Source: an uncultured Chloroflexia bacterium
GTDB lineage: Bacteria; Chloroflexota; Limnocylindria; Limnocylindrales; CSP1-4
Assembly (NCBI GenBank): GCA_963748625.1
Contig: CAVVJT010000007.1
Coordinates: 576,001-640,000, forward strand
Direction: 5' to 3'
Length of the DNA: 64,000 bases
Made by a program: the position numbers and the translations under genes. Below the pieces are notes generated by a model. It saw only the letters and a list, made by a program, of their open reading frames with translations, made no database searches and was not told where the DNA came from. Within the stretch, counting starts at the first letter, position 1. Each line of letters starts with the position of its first letter. Of this stretch, positions 33,171-43,486 are shown one piece after another.

Positions 33171-34366
33171 GCGAGCTGCACCGTTCCCGTCCGCCCCGGT
33201 ACCCGCTGTCCCGCCGCGCCCTGCTGCGAGGCATGGCCGCCGGTGGCGCCGCCCTGGGGCTCGGCGCCGTGGCCGCAGCATGTGGAGGGGCTGCCGCGCC
33301 GACCGCCGCTCCGGCCACCCAGCCGCCCGCGACCGCCGGCGGCGCCACCCCGGCCCCGGGCGGCGAGGCCACCCCCGTCCCGGCGACGCCCGTCCCGGAG
33401 CCCGAGGGCGAGCTCTACATCTACAACTGGGCCGACTACATCGGCGAGGACACGATCTCGCGCTTCGAGGACGCGACGGGGATCAAGGTCACCTACGACT
33501 TCTTTGACAACATCGACACGATGCTGGCCAAGGTGGGCAACGGCAACAGCGGCTACGACGTGACGTTCCCCACCAGCATCAACGTGGGCCCGATGCAGGC
33601 GCGCAACCTCCTCGAGCCCCTGGACCACTCGCTCCTGCCCAACCTCGCGAACCTCGCGCCGGAGTGGCAGAACCCGTCCTACGACCCGGGCAACGCCATG
33701 TCCGCGCCCTACATGTGGTGGACCACGGGACTCGCCTACGACACCGAGAAGGTCGCGTCCGAGCTGACCTCCTGGGCCGCGCTCTGGGATCCCCAGTACA
33801 AGGGCAAGATGGCGATGCTCGACGACTACCGCGAGGTGTTCAGCGCCGCCCTCATCCGGCTCGGGTACGACATCAACACCGTCGACGACGGCCAGCTCGA
33901 CGAGGCGCTCGCGCTCCTCCAGGAGCAGAAGCCGCTCCTGCGCACCTACACGACCGACGACATCGGGGCGCTCTCCTCGGGCGATGTCCACGTCATGCAC
34001 GCCTGGAGCGGCGACGTCTACCAGGTGACCCCGGATCGCCCGTCCGTCGTCTACACGATCCCCACCGAGGGCGGCGTCCGGGGCTCGGACACCATGGTCA
34101 TCCTGGCCAACGCCCCCCACCCGGTTGCCGCGCACGCGTTCATCAACTTCATGCTCGACGGCGAGGTCGCCGCGGGCAACACGAACTACATCGGCTACAT
34201 GGGGCCCAACGAGGCCGCCAAGCAGTACATCGACCCGGCGATCCTGGCGGACCCGACCGTCAACCCGCCCGCCGACGTCATCGCCACGCTGGACGAGATC
34301 CTGGACCTCGGGCCGGACGAGGTGAAGTACACCGAGCGCTGGACGAAGCTCCGGGCAGGCGCGTAG
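33167..34366 (+). CDS. potD: PotD/PotF-type substrate-binding protein (Tat lipoprotein)
   Basis: SRRALL Tat motif, AAAC lipobox, YNWADYI, PYMWWTTG and AWSGD motifs. Confidence 0.82.
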   Translation: MSELHRSRPPRYPLSRRALLRGMAAGGAALGLGAVAAACGGAAAPTAAPATQPPATAGGATPAPGGEATPVPATPVPEPEGELYIYNWADYIGEDTISRFEDATGIKVTYDFFDNIDTMLAKVGNGNSGYDVTFPTSINVGPMQARNLLEPLDHSLLPNLANLAPEWQNPSYDPGNAMSAPYMWWTTGLAYDTEKVASELTSWAALWDPQYKGKMAMLDDYREVFSAALIRLGYDINTVDDGQLDEALALLQEQKPLLRTYTTDDIGALSSGDVHVMHAWSGDVYQVTPDRPSVVYTIPTEGGVRGSDTMVILANAPHPVAAHAFINFMLDGEVAAGNTNYIGYMGPNEAAKQYIDPAILADPTVNPPADVIATLDEILDLGPDEVKYTERWTKLRAGA

Positions 34367-34417
34367 CGGCGCGGCCAGGCGGCGCGGACGGCGCACGACA
34401 CGGCGGGAGGCGGCGGC

Positions 34418-35260
34418 ATGCAGCGCAGCCGGCGGGGCGACGCGGCCCTGGTGGTGCCCGGGCTCGGGTGGCTGCTGGTCTTCTTCGCCCTGCCGCTCGC
34501 GATCATCTTCGTCGTCAGCCTGGGCCAGCGTGACCAGTACGGCGGCGTCCTGTTCGACAACCTCTCCCTCCAGGCCTACCTGCGGGCGCTGGAGCCGGAC
34601 TTCCTGCCCACCGTCCTCAACTCGTTCAAGTACGCGTTCGCCACCACGGTCCTCGCGATCCTGGTGTCCTACCCGATGGCGTACTGGATCAGCCGCTACG
34701 GCGGCCGCCACAAGGCCCTGCTGCTGGTCCTCGTGATGCTGCCGTTCTGGACGAGCTGGGTCATCCGGACCTACGCGTGGATGATCCTGCTGCGCGACAA
34801 CGGCGTGGTGAACGGGGTCCTGGGCCTCGTCGGGATCGGGCCGTTCCAGATGCTGAACACGGACATGTCCGTGATCTTCGGCATGACGTACGGGTTCCTG
34901 CCCTTCACGATCCTGCCGCTGTACGTCGCCATCGACCGCGTGGACACGAACCTGGTGGCCGCCGCGCGCGACCTGTACGCGAGCGGGCGCCAGGCGTTCA
35001 TCCACGTGACGCTGCCGCTCACCAGGCCGGGCATCGTGGCCGCCGCCATCCTGACCTTCATCCCCACCCTGGGCGACTACGTGACCCCGGACCTGCTCGG
35101 CGGTGCCCAGACCACGACGGTGGCCAAGGTCATCCAGAGCCTGTTCCTCTCGTCGAAGGACTGGCCGTTCGGGGCGGCCCTAGGCTTCCTGATGATCGTG
35201 CTCACCGTCGTGGGCACCGTGGCCGGCCTGCGCTTCCTGCGCCAGGAGGTGCTGGGCTGA
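34418..35260 (+). CDS. potB: polyamine-type ABC permease
   Basis: LPFWTSWVIRTYAW and LPFTILPLY motifs; EAA-like loop. Confidence 0.82.
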   Translation: MQRSRRGDAALVVPGLGWLLVFFALPLAIIFVVSLGQRDQYGGVLFDNLSLQAYLRALEPDFLPTVLNSFKYAFATTVLAILVSYPMAYWISRYGGRHKALLLVLVMLPFWTSWVIRTYAWMILLRDNGVVNGVLGLVGIGPFQMLNTDMSVIFGMTYGFLPFTILPLYVAIDRVDTNLVAAARDLYASGRQAFIHVTLPLTRPGIVAAAILTFIPTLGDYVTPDLLGGAQTTTVAKVIQSLFLSSKDWPFGAALGFLMIVLTVVGTVAGLRFLRQEVLG

Positions 35261-36072
35261 TGCAGTCCCGCGGCTCCCCGTTCCTGCGCCTGTACGCCTG
35301 GATCGTCTACATCGTCCTGTTCGCGCCGATCGTGGTGCTGATCCTGTTCAGCTTCAACGACTCCAAGCGCAACTTCGTCTGGCGCGGCTTCACGCTCAAG
35401 TGGTACCCGACCCTGTTCGAGAACGACGCCCTGCTTGCGGCCCTCGGGGTCACGCTGCAGGTCGCGCTGATCTCGGTCGTCCTCACCACGATCATCGGGA
35501 CGCTCCTGGGGCTGGGCCTCGCCCGGCTGCGGCAGACCCGGGCATCAGGCGCTGCCGACACCCTGATCCTGCTCCCGATGGTGACACCCGAGATCGTCAT
35601 GGGCGTGAGCCTGCTGCTGTTCTTCGCGCTCGTGTTCAACGCGAACGGCTCGCTGCTCCAGATCGCGGTGTCCCACGTCGCGTTCTCGATCAGCTACGTG
35701 ACGATCGTGGTCCGCTCGAGGGCCGTATCGCTCGACCCGCGGATGGAGGAGGCCGCCCGGGACCTGGGCGCCTCGCCGATCGCGACGTTCCGGTTCGTCA
35801 CGCTGCCGCTGATCGCGCCGGCGGTCGTATCGGGGGCGATCCTCGCGTTCGCCCTCTCGTTCGACGACCTGATCATCACGTCCTTCAACGCGGGGGTCGG
35901 ATCATCCACGCTGCCGCTCTACATCTACTCCCGGATCAAGTTCGGCGTGACCCCGGAGATCAACGCGATCTCCACGATCGTGGTCGTCGCCACGACGATC
36001 GCGGTCCTCGTGGCCACGCGCACCAACGCCCGCCGCGCGCGGAGCAAGCCGCTGGAGGAGAGACCACGATGA
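35260..36072 (+). CDS. potC: polyamine-type ABC permease
   Basis: FSFN, EEAARDLGA, SFDD and GVTPEINA motifs. Confidence 0.82.
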   Translation: MQSRGSPFLRLYAWIVYIVLFAPIVVLILFSFNDSKRNFVWRGFTLKWYPTLFENDALLAALGVTLQVALISVVLTTIIGTLLGLGLARLRQTRASGAADTLILLPMVTPEIVMGVSLLLFFALVFNANGSLLQIAVSHVAFSISYVTIVVRSRAVSLDPRMEEAARDLGASPIATFRFVTLPLIAPAVVSGAILAFALSFDDLIITSFNAGVGSSTLPLYIYSRIKFGVTPEINAISTIVVVATTIAVLVATRTNARRARSKPLEERPR

Positions 36073-37535
36073 CCGAGGCGACCGCTCCCTGGAGCACGAC
36101 GCCACCGCTTGAGCCGATCCGCACGACGCGCCGTGTGCGCTTCCTCGAGGACGAGCAGTTGGACCGGCTGCGCGAGGCGACGCTCCACGTCCTCGAGACC
36201 GTGGGCGTGAAGTTCCCCAACGAGCGGTCGCTGGAGATCCTCGCCTCGGGCGGCTGCCACGTGGACCGGGCCACCCAGGTCGTCAGGTTCCCGCGCGACG
36301 TCGTGATGCGCGCGATGGCAACGGTGCCTCGAACGTTCACGATGGCCGCCCGCAACCCCGACTTCGACCTCCACCTCGAGGAGGGCACGTCCTACTACAC
36401 GCTCGACGGGTGCGGCGTCGCGGCGATCGACCCGGAGACCCGCGAGGAGCGCCCGTCGCGCAAGTCCGACCTGGAGGCGCAGGCGCGCGTCGCCGACTGG
36501 CTGCCCGGCATCGGCTTCGTCTGGCCCACGGTCTCCGCCCAGGACTACGGGCGGACAAGCCAGCTCCACGAGATCGACGCGGTCTACAACAACTCGGTCA
36601 AGCACTTCCAGGCCATGGTCATGGGTGAGGAGGCGGCGCGATTCGCCGTCGAGATGGCCACCGTCGTGGCAGGTTCGGCCGAGGCCTTGCGCGCCCGCCC
36701 CGTGCTGTCCAACTTGGTGTGCTCGGTCGCGCCGCTGGCCCAGGACCACGCGGGCCTCGAGTCGGCCCTGGTCATGGCCGAGGCCGGGATCCCGGTGGGC
36801 ATCCTGTCCATGCCGACCCTGGGCACGACGGCGCCCGCGACGTCGGCGGGGGCACTGGTCGTGGGCGACGCCGAGTGCATCTCGGGGATCGTGCTGCTCC
36901 AGCTCGCCTACCCGGGCACGCCGGTCTTCCACTCGATCATGAAGGCCTACGCGGACCCGCGCACCGGGATCTACGTGGGCTATTCGCTGAACTCCGGGAC
37001 CGCCCGCTACGCGCCCACCGAGATCGCGCACCACTGGGGCGTGCCGTCGATGGCGGCATGCTTCGGGACCGACTCCCCGCTGCCGGGGACGTGGCTGGCA
37101 GCCTCCGACGTCGCCCATGACCCCGTGCTGGGCGGGCTCTCCGGGGCAGAGCTGGTCACCGGGATCGGGCTCGACCGGACGTACACGCTGCTCACGCCCG
37201 AGGGCATCTTCCTCGACTACGAGCTCTACCAGCGCGCCCGGTACGCGCTCCAGGCCCTCGACGTGTCCGACGAGACGCTGGCGCTCGACGTCATCGCGGA
37301 CGTGGGTCCCGCCAACCACTATCTCGCCGAGGAGCACACCCGCAAGCACATGAAGCACGCGCTGGTGCGCGGGCTCGAGCACGATCTCGTGGGCAGCAAG
37401 TACCGCGACCCGATCGAGGTGGCCCGCGAGCGGGCGGCCTGGGTGCGCGCGAACCACCGCCCCGAGCCGCTGGGCGCGGCGGAGCAGGCCGAGCTGGGCC
37501 GGATCCTGGAGGTCGCGCGGGCCGCGCTGGGGTAG
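36069..37535 (+). CDS. trimethylamine methyltransferase (MttB) family protein, non-pyrrolysine
   Basis: LETVGV, ARNP, GTTAPATSAG, PGTPV and VIADVGP...YL...HTRKH motifs; no in-frame TAG. Confidence 0.85.
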   Translation: MTEATAPWSTTPPLEPIRTTRRVRFLEDEQLDRLREATLHVLETVGVKFPNERSLEILASGGCHVDRATQVVRFPRDVVMRAMATVPRTFTMAARNPDFDLHLEEGTSYYTLDGCGVAAIDPETREERPSRKSDLEAQARVADWLPGIGFVWPTVSAQDYGRTSQLHEIDAVYNNSVKHFQAMVMGEEAARFAVEMATVVAGSAEALRARPVLSNLVCSVAPLAQDHAGLESALVMAEAGIPVGILSMPTLGTTAPATSAGALVVGDAECISGIVLLQLAYPGTPVFHSIMKAYADPRTGIYVGYSLNSGTARYAPTEIAHHWGVPSMAACFGTDSPLPGTWLAASDVAHDPVLGGLSGAELVTGIGLDRTYTLLTPEGIFLDYELYQRARYALQALDVSDETLALDVIADVGPANHYLAEEHTRKHMKHALVRGLEHDLVGSKYRDPIEVARERAAWVRANHRPEPLGAAEQAELGRILEVARAALG

Positions 37536-37671
37536 GGTCTCGTTCGGGGTAGGGCCTCGTTCGGCGGGTCGTCGTTCCGCGACGGCGGCCCTCGTTCCGC
37601 CATGCCCCGGCGCGAACCGAGAGAACCAGCGGCGTTGCGCTGATCGTTGCGCCGATCGTTGCGCGGTGGAG

Positions 37672-37769
37672 TGGCGGGAGCGCATGGGAGTCGAACCCAC
37701 CGCGCGACGCCGGGCGCCGCGCCGGACGGTTTTGAAGACCGCGAGGGGCACCGGCCCCTACCCGCTCCC
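37672..37769 (-). tRNA. selC: tRNA-Sec (anticodon UCA)
   Basis: 6-bp D stem with 4-nt loop, anticodon loop CTTCAAA, long variable arm, GTTCGA T-loop, G discriminator plus CCA; divergent from selD. Confidence 0.95.
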
Positions 37770-37845
37770 CCGTGCAGATGGCGACGATACCGCGCGGACT
37801 GCGAACGCGGGCCGTGCCGCGGGCCTGACCCGTATGATCCCGGCC

Positions 37846-38961
37846 ATGACGACGCGCCCCGACGGTCCCGACCTCGCCGACATCCCGCCCATCCGCCTGA
37901 CCGAGATGACCGAGTGCGGCGGCTGTGCCGCGAAGCTGGGCGCCGACCTCCTGGCCGCAGCGCTCGCGGGGATCGGCGCGGCCGGGGGCGGCGCGGATGG
38001 CGGGGCGGCGGGTGGTGGCGTGCCCGACCCGGACCTGATCGCCGGGCTCGACCCGCCCGACGATGCGGCGGCGTATCGCGTGGCCCCGGATCTCGCGGTG
38101 ATCGGGACGCTGGACTTCTTCCCGCCCCTGGTGGACGACCCGGTCGCCTACGGCGAGATCGCCGCGGCGAACGCCCTGTCCGACGTGTTCGCGATGGGCG
38201 GACGGGTCCTCTTCGCGCTCTCGATCGCGGCGTTCCCGGAGGACTTCCCGAGCGATGCGCTTGCCGCGGTCTTCGGGGCAGCCGCGGCGAAGGTCCGCGA
38301 GGCGGGCGGCGTGCTGGCGGGCGGCCACACGATCCGCGATCCCGAGCCGAAGTACGGCCTCGCCGTGATCGGAGTGGCCCACCCCGATCGTCTGTTCCGC
38401 AAGGGCGGCGCCCGTCCCGGCGACGTGCTGCTGCTGACCAAGCGGCTCGGGACAGGGTTCCTGGTGAGCGGCCGCCGCTCGGGGAAGACGACGGATGCGC
38501 AGCTCGACGCCGCGATCGCGCAGATGCGGACGCTCAACCGCGCCGCGGCCGAGGTGCTTGCGGGGCACGATGTCCGCGGAGCGACCGACGTGACGGGGTT
38601 CGGGCTGCTGGGCCACGGCCTCGAGATGGCCCGCGCGTCCGGTGCGCGGCTCGTGTTCCACGCAGCCGATCTGCCGGCGCTCGACGGTGCTCTCGACCTG
38701 GCGCGGGCCGGCGTGGAGACCGGCGGCGCAGGGCACAACCGGCGGTTCACCGCACCGGCGCTCGCGGTTGGCGCCGGGGTGGCACCGGAGCTGGTGGCGC
38801 TCGCCCACGATCCGCAGACGTCGGGCGGGCTCCTCGCCGCCGTCCCTGCCGCCGATGCACGGAGTGTCATCGCGGACCTGGGTGCGGCAGGCGTGGAAGC
38901 GTGGCAGATCGGGCACGTCGAGGATGCGCTCAACGGCGTGCCCGGCGTGGCCCTCAGCTAG
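37846..38961 (+). CDS. selD: selenide, water dikinase (Cys form)
   Basis: RLTEMTECGGCAAK, DDAA, DFFPP, ANALSDVFAMGG, TDVTGFGLLGH and DPQTSGGLL motifs. Confidence 0.95.
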   Translation: MTTRPDGPDLADIPPIRLTEMTECGGCAAKLGADLLAAALAGIGAAGGGADGGAAGGGVPDPDLIAGLDPPDDAAAYRVAPDLAVIGTLDFFPPLVDDPVAYGEIAAANALSDVFAMGGRVLFALSIAAFPEDFPSDALAAVFGAAAAKVREAGGVLAGGHTIRDPEPKYGLAVIGVAHPDRLFRKGGARPGDVLLLTKRLGTGFLVSGRRSGKTTDAQLDAAIAQMRTLNRAAAEVLAGHDVRGATDVTGFGLLGHGLEMARASGARLVFHAADLPALDGALDLARAGVETGGAGHNRRFTAPALAVGAGVAPELVALAHDPQTSGGLLAAVPAADARSVIADLGAAGVEAWQIGHVEDALNGVPGVALS

Positions 38962-38975
38962 CCCTGCACCCTCGG

Positions 38976-39269
38976 TCAGCCCTGCTCGAAGGTCCCGTCC
39001 ATCCAGTCCGGATCGTCGACAAGGAGGGCCCGTAGCGCGAGGTACCGCTGGTGCTGCTCCGGGCTGTCCGCGTTGGCCCGGTAGCTCGCGGCATCGGCGA
39101 AGACCGCCACCAGGAAGGCGGTCTCCTTCCCGTAGGGATCCTGGTCGGGCTTGAACAGGTAGCTGGCGAGGAACCCCGGGACCTGGAATTCGCTGAAGTG
39201 CTCGCCGTAGGCCACGAGCTCCTCGTAGCGGCCGGGCTGGGGATGGAGTCGAGCGATCGAGCCGTACAT
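38976..39269 (-). CDS. small dimeric alpha/beta-barrel (ABM-like) protein
   Basis: 97 aa, PGF and YRANADSPEQ motifs; AAGGAGG RBS. Confidence 0.6.
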   Translation of the reverse strand: MYGSIARLHPQPGRYEELVAYGEHFSEFQVPGFLASYLFKPDQDPYGKETAFLVAVFADAASYRANADSPEQHQRYLALRALLVDDPDWMDGTFEQG

Positions 39270-39405
39270 GGTGGGACGCACCTCCTTGGCCGCGCAGCCT
39301 GCGCCGATCCACACGCCGCCACAAGCGACAAACGACGGCCCGCCAGGCTCCCACCGGGTCCGCCCGCGCGGCCCCGCGCGCGCTGGGCCACGGCCGGCCG
39401 GACCC

Positions 39406-39450
39406 CTATCCGGACAAGGATGGAATCGCCGATCAATCCGCGGAGGGACA
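39406..39450. repeat. family-A half element
   Basis: ATCC-N6-GGAT-type boxes at 39408 and 39436 (28-bp spacing) with GGATGGAATC. Confidence 0.65.
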
Positions 39451-39478
39451 GCTCCCGGGACTGGGCCAGGACCGGGGT

Positions 39479-40936
39479 CTACCCCTCCTGCAGCTCCGCG
39501 TCGGCGCGGGCGAGGATCGCCTCGATCGCGGCCAGCACGGACGGGTCCACGGGATCCACCACCGGCCCGTCGAGGATCGCCTTCACCCGCTCCCGGGCCC
39601 GCTCATACATTGACGGACGTCCCGCCGCGGCCCACGCGTCGTACGGCTGGCGCCCGACCAGGGAGGGCTCGTAGAACTCCCCGCTGCGCGACGCCGTCCG
39701 CGTGGACGGCTGGGCCAGGAAGTTGCCGCCCGGCCCCACCTCGGCGATGTCCTCGAACAGCTCAGCGCCGGCGCGCCCATCAACCCCGGCCGCGAGCCGG
39801 AGCGCCAGGTGCGCGAGCTCGTTGTCCACCAGGATCTGCTCCAGCACGAGCGTCTGGTCCCCGTCGAGCTCCCCGTACCCAACGATGATGTCGGCGCCCG
39901 CGGAGATGGACGGCAGCATCGTGAGCAGCTTCTCGATGCACGCCTCTGGCCCGATGTCGTGCGCATCCGTCGCGCACCCGGCCGCCATCGTCGGCAGCCC
40001 GTAGAACCGGCCCATCGTCGTGAGCGCTGCCGACTGGATCCCCATCTCGGGCGTGCCGGCCAGGAACGCGCCGGACCGGAAGTCCATCGAGCCCACGGCG
40101 GATCCGTACTGGATCGGCCGCCCCGGGTGGGCCAGCTGGAAGAGCACCACCGACGACAGCGCCTCGGCGTTCGCGAGCGCGATATTGCCCAGCAGGGAGC
40201 CCGGCCCCGTCGTCCCGGGCACGGGCATCGGCAGCACCGTCACCGGCACGTCCCACTCGCCAAGCTCGAGGTACGCGTCGAGCATCTCGCCGTCGTGCAC
40301 CAGCGGCGCCACCGGGCAGTACACCACCGACGCCAGGTGCCGCTCCCGGGCCGCCTCGCGCCCGCCCGCCAGCGCCTCCAGGATGGCCCCCAGGTACGAG
40401 GCCTGGTCGCGCCGGTGGAGCTCGTGCTGGCCGTGCTTCGAGAGCGTCGTGAGCATGGCCGCGAACTCGTGGAGCGGCCGCGAGGCGACGGGACGGTCGT
40501 TGGCCGCGACCGGCGGCCAGCCCATCACGGTGAGATCGCAGGCCTGGAAGACGCGCATCGCATCGACCGTGTCCTGCCTAGCCCATACCGGCGCTCGCCC
40601 GTCTCGAAGTCGCGCATGAAGGCCGCGGTGCCGTCCATGGCGAAGCGGGTGACGCCCGATGGCACCGGCGTAGTCGTACGCCGGATTGCGGGCGCCGAAC
40701 GTGAACGACCGCGGCGCCGACGCCACCGACCGCTCCACCAGCCGATCCGGCATTCGCACGAGCGCACCGGACGCCCCGCCTTCGGCCCTGGTCTCCACGA
40801 GCGCCCCCGCCTCCACCAGCATCGGCAGGGCCAGCTCGCCATGGACCCGGACCCCCACCTCCTCGAGGATCCGCAGCGACGCCTCGTGGACGCGCCCGAT
40901 CTCCGCCTGGGACAGGAACGCCGCCTCGTAGCGCAT
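39479..40936 (-). CDS. MttB-family methyltransferase, non-pyrrolysine (frameshifted near 40580-40680)
   Basis: HEASLRILEEVGV, CPVAPL, PGTTGP, DFRSG, FYGLP and EVGPGGNFL motifs. Confidence 0.85.
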   Translation of the reverse strand: MRYEAAFLSQAEIGRVHEASLRILEEVGVRVHGELALPMLVEAGALVETRAEGGASGALVRMPDRLVERSVASAPRSFTFGARNPAYDYAGAIGRHPLRHGRHRGLHARLRDGRAPVWARQDTVDAMRVFQACDLTVMGWPPVAANDRPVASRPLHEFAAMLTTLSKHGQHELHRRDQASYLGAILEALAGGREAARERHLASVVYCPVAPLVHDGEMLDAYLELGEWDVPVTVLPMPVPGTTGPGSLLGNIALANAEALSSVVLFQLAHPGRPIQYGSAVGSMDFRSGAFLAGTPEMGIQSAALTTMGRFYGLPTMAAGCATDAHDIGPEACIEKLLTMLPSISAGADIIVGYGELDGDQTLVLEQILVDNELAHLALRLAAGVDGRAGAELFEDIAEVGPGGNFLAQPSTRTASRSGEFYEPSLVGRQPYDAWAAAGRPSMYERARERVKAILDGPVVDPVDPSVLAAIEAILARADAELQEG

Positions 40937-40940
40937 CGGA

Positions 40941-42388
40941 TCAGGCCTCCATCGACGCGTAGGCCGCCTGCTCGAGCCGGAGCAGCTCCTCCTCGACGCC
41001 GTCGGCGAAGGGCAGCGGCTCGTGCCCGTCGATCGCCGCGGCACACCTTCGAGCGGCACTCCTCGAGGATGTCCGGCCGGCCGGCCGCTTCGAACCGGTC
41101 CCAGGTCGAGTGCCAGCCGATGCCCGGGCAGCAGCCATTCACCGCCGCGCACGGCCGAGCGGGTCTCCACCCGCGAGAGGAAGTCGCCCACCGGACCCAC
41201 CTCCTCGAGCGCCGCCACCGGGTCCGTCTCGCCGGCCCCCAGCCCGATGCCCCGGTACAGCCGACGGCAGGAGCGGTAGATCTCCACGTCGAGCAGGTAG
41301 CTCTCCAGGCACAGCGTGGACGCGCCGCCCAGCGATCCCGGACCGATGACGATGTCCGGCCACGAGAGCACCGGCAGCATCCAGTTGATCGTGCGCTCGT
41401 AGGAGGCCTGGATCCCGGGCACGAAGTGGTCCGTGCCGCCGTTGGACGAGGTCACCGGCAGCCCGTAGAAGCGGCCCATCTCCGTGGCGGCCGCACCCAG
41501 CAGCGCGTGCTCCGGTCCGCCGCCCGCCCATCGACCCGACCGCGGTTCCATCGCGGCCAGCGCTGGACCGTAGATGACCGGTGTCCCGGGTTGCGCGGCC
41601 TGCACGAGGCAGATGGCGCCCAGGACCTCCGCGTTGCCCGACACGATCGTGGAGCGCAGGCCCGTCGGCGCCGAGGTGCCCATCATCGGCATCGGCATGA
41701 TGCAGATCGGGATGTCGTAGCCGACGGTGGCCAGGTAGGCGTCGGTGTGCTCCTGCTCCATCGCGAGCGGGCTGACCGGGCAGAACAGGACGCTGTACGG
41801 GTGCAGCTCGCGGATGCGCTCCTTCGAGCCGTAGATCGTCTCGAGCACCTGGATCAGCCAGGCGCCGTCGGCGGCGGTCGCGATCTCGTCCTGGATGTGC
41901 TTGCTGAAGAGGCCGTGGGCCTCCCGCCAATGGCGGACCGACGGGCCGGGGCCGCCCTCGCCGTCGACGCCGGAGGTCACCATGCGCCAGTAGGCGCCGA
42001 TGTCATCGATGGTGTCGGCCAGCCGTGTCGCGTTCGCCCAGTCGTCCCAGGTTGGCGCGCGGCGCTCGCCGGTCACCGGGTCGTAGACCATGGTGGTCTC
42101 GCCGTCCGGCATGAGCGTGCACTCGCCCTGGTTGAGGCGGACCGCGAAACCCTCGCGACGCGCCCCGAGGCTGAACTGCTTGGGCGAGGCGGCCAGCGAT
42201 GCCTCCACGAGCGAGCGCGGGAACCGGACGCGGCGCTCGCCCTCGTCCACCGTGGCGCCGGCGTCGCCAAGGATCCGCCGGGCCTGCTCTGAGTCGACGC
42301 GCATGCCCACGCGCTCGAGCGCCTGGAGCGACTGCTCGTGGATGCCGGCGATCTCGTCGTCGGTGAGGACTCGCAGCTGGGTCGGCAT
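40941..42388 (-). CDS. MttB-family methyltransferase, non-pyrrolysine (frameshifted near 41040-41130)
   Basis: HEQSLQALERVG, CPVSPL, GTSAP, PGTPVIYG, FYGLP and EEVGP motifs. Confidence 0.85.
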
Positions 42389-42536
42389 CGGGGCGGCTCC
42401 ACGGGGGTGGCTGGTGGCCATGGCAGGCGACGGACCGGACGCGCGCCGAGGCTAACATCGCGACCGGGGCGTCAGACGGCGCCGGACCGCTTGGTGAACC
42501 GGGCAATGCGTTGCCCGGGCTGGTGGCGGGACCCGG

Positions 42537-42574
42537 CTTGCGCTGGGTCCGACAACTTGCGCTGGGTCGGACAA
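42537..42574 (+). repeat. 19-bp direct repeat x2 upstream of a lipoprotein gene
   Basis: CTTGCGCTGGGTC(C/G)GACAA twice in tandem. Confidence 0.6.
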
Positions 42575-42618
42575 TTGGATCGTGCGTCCCGCTGGCGACA
42601 GCCCCTGGAGGTCCAGCG

Positions 42619-43365
42619 ATGCAGTTCGACTGGCGCGCAGACGCGCTCCTCGTGGTTGCTGCAGCCGTGATGGGCTGCGGGCAACCATCGGCGGTGGGCT
42701 CTCCCGCCTCAATAGGCTCCCCGGAGGCGCCGGTGATGGCGGCATCAATCCCGCCCAGTGCGCGACCAGTTCCCGCGGTGCCCGACGTGTCGCCTGCACC
42801 ATCGGCCCCCACCGCGTCATCGACCCCTACCGCGTCGGCGGCAGCGGTGCCACCGGCATCGGTGGTACCGGCGTCCGGCGGGACAACGTTCACGTTCGAT
42901 GCCATCACGGTGACCCTGCCGGCGGGGTACGTGGCGGACAGCGAGGTGGACGAGGGCCTCGGCTTCCGTCCTGAGGCCCCCCTTCTCACCGCGCGGACGG
43001 CCGAGGCCAACCCCTCCGCCTTCCGACTGGGGCACCTGATGCCCAGTTGGGACGAGGGCGATCCGGAGGCCATTGGGACCAGCGTCGTCCAGGACTACTT
43101 CGCGCCCCTCCTCGGCAACGTCGGCATTCTGGGCTTCACCGGTCGCGAACTCGAGGTCGCGGGCGCATCGGCCTACGAAACCGTGCTGGTCTCCAACCGG
43201 TCCACGGATGGGGAGTTCCTGATCGTCGACATCGTGGTCGTCGATACCGACGCGGCCGGACTCTATCTCGAGCTCATGAAGGCGTATCCGGCCGATGCGG
43301 ACGTGCCCGAAGGCGTGTTCCTGCCGGACCTCCGCACCATCGCGGAGTCCGTGGCGCTCCCCTGA
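42619..43365 (+). CDS. hypothetical lipoprotein
   Basis: GGAGG RBS, signal peptide with VMGC, Pro/Ser linker. Confidence 0.6.
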   Translation: MQFDWRADALLVVAAAVMGCGQPSAVGSPASIGSPEAPVMAASIPPSARPVPAVPDVSPAPSAPTASSTPTASAAAVPPASVVPASGGTTFTFDAITVTLPAGYVADSEVDEGLGFRPEAPLLTARTAEANPSAFRLGHLMPSWDEGDPEAIGTSVVQDYFAPLLGNVGILGFTGRELEVAGASAYETVLVSNRSTDGEFLIVDIVVVDTDAAGLYLELMKAYPADADVPEGVFLPDLRTIAESVALP

Positions 43366-43486
43366 GGTGCCAGCCGGGAGCGCACCGAGTGCTCCGGCAG
43401 GCGGCAAGCGGACATCGCTCGCCAGGCTGTCGCCCACCATAGGGTGTCGCCCGACTTGACAGTCTCCGGTAGCCTTACCGGGCATC

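Noticed and set aside
37540-37668. Short CTCGTTC and 12-bp CGTTGCGCNGAT repeats downstream of selC
   Set aside because: Low-complexity tandem tracts with no supportable function.
31860-37671. Integrative island at the 3' end of tRNA-Sec
   Set aside because: No integrase, and only an 8-nt GTGGCGGG match near 31959 as a possible att remnant, which is not significant at this GC content.
40575-40585. Pyrrolysine TAG in mttB
   Set aside because: The TAG is out of frame at an indel and far from the Pyl position, and there are no pyl genes in the window.
39479-42421. 980-aa double-MttB fusion ORF
   Set aside because: Artefact of compensating frameshifts. A stop at 40941 and an RBS plus ATG at 40936 define two genes.
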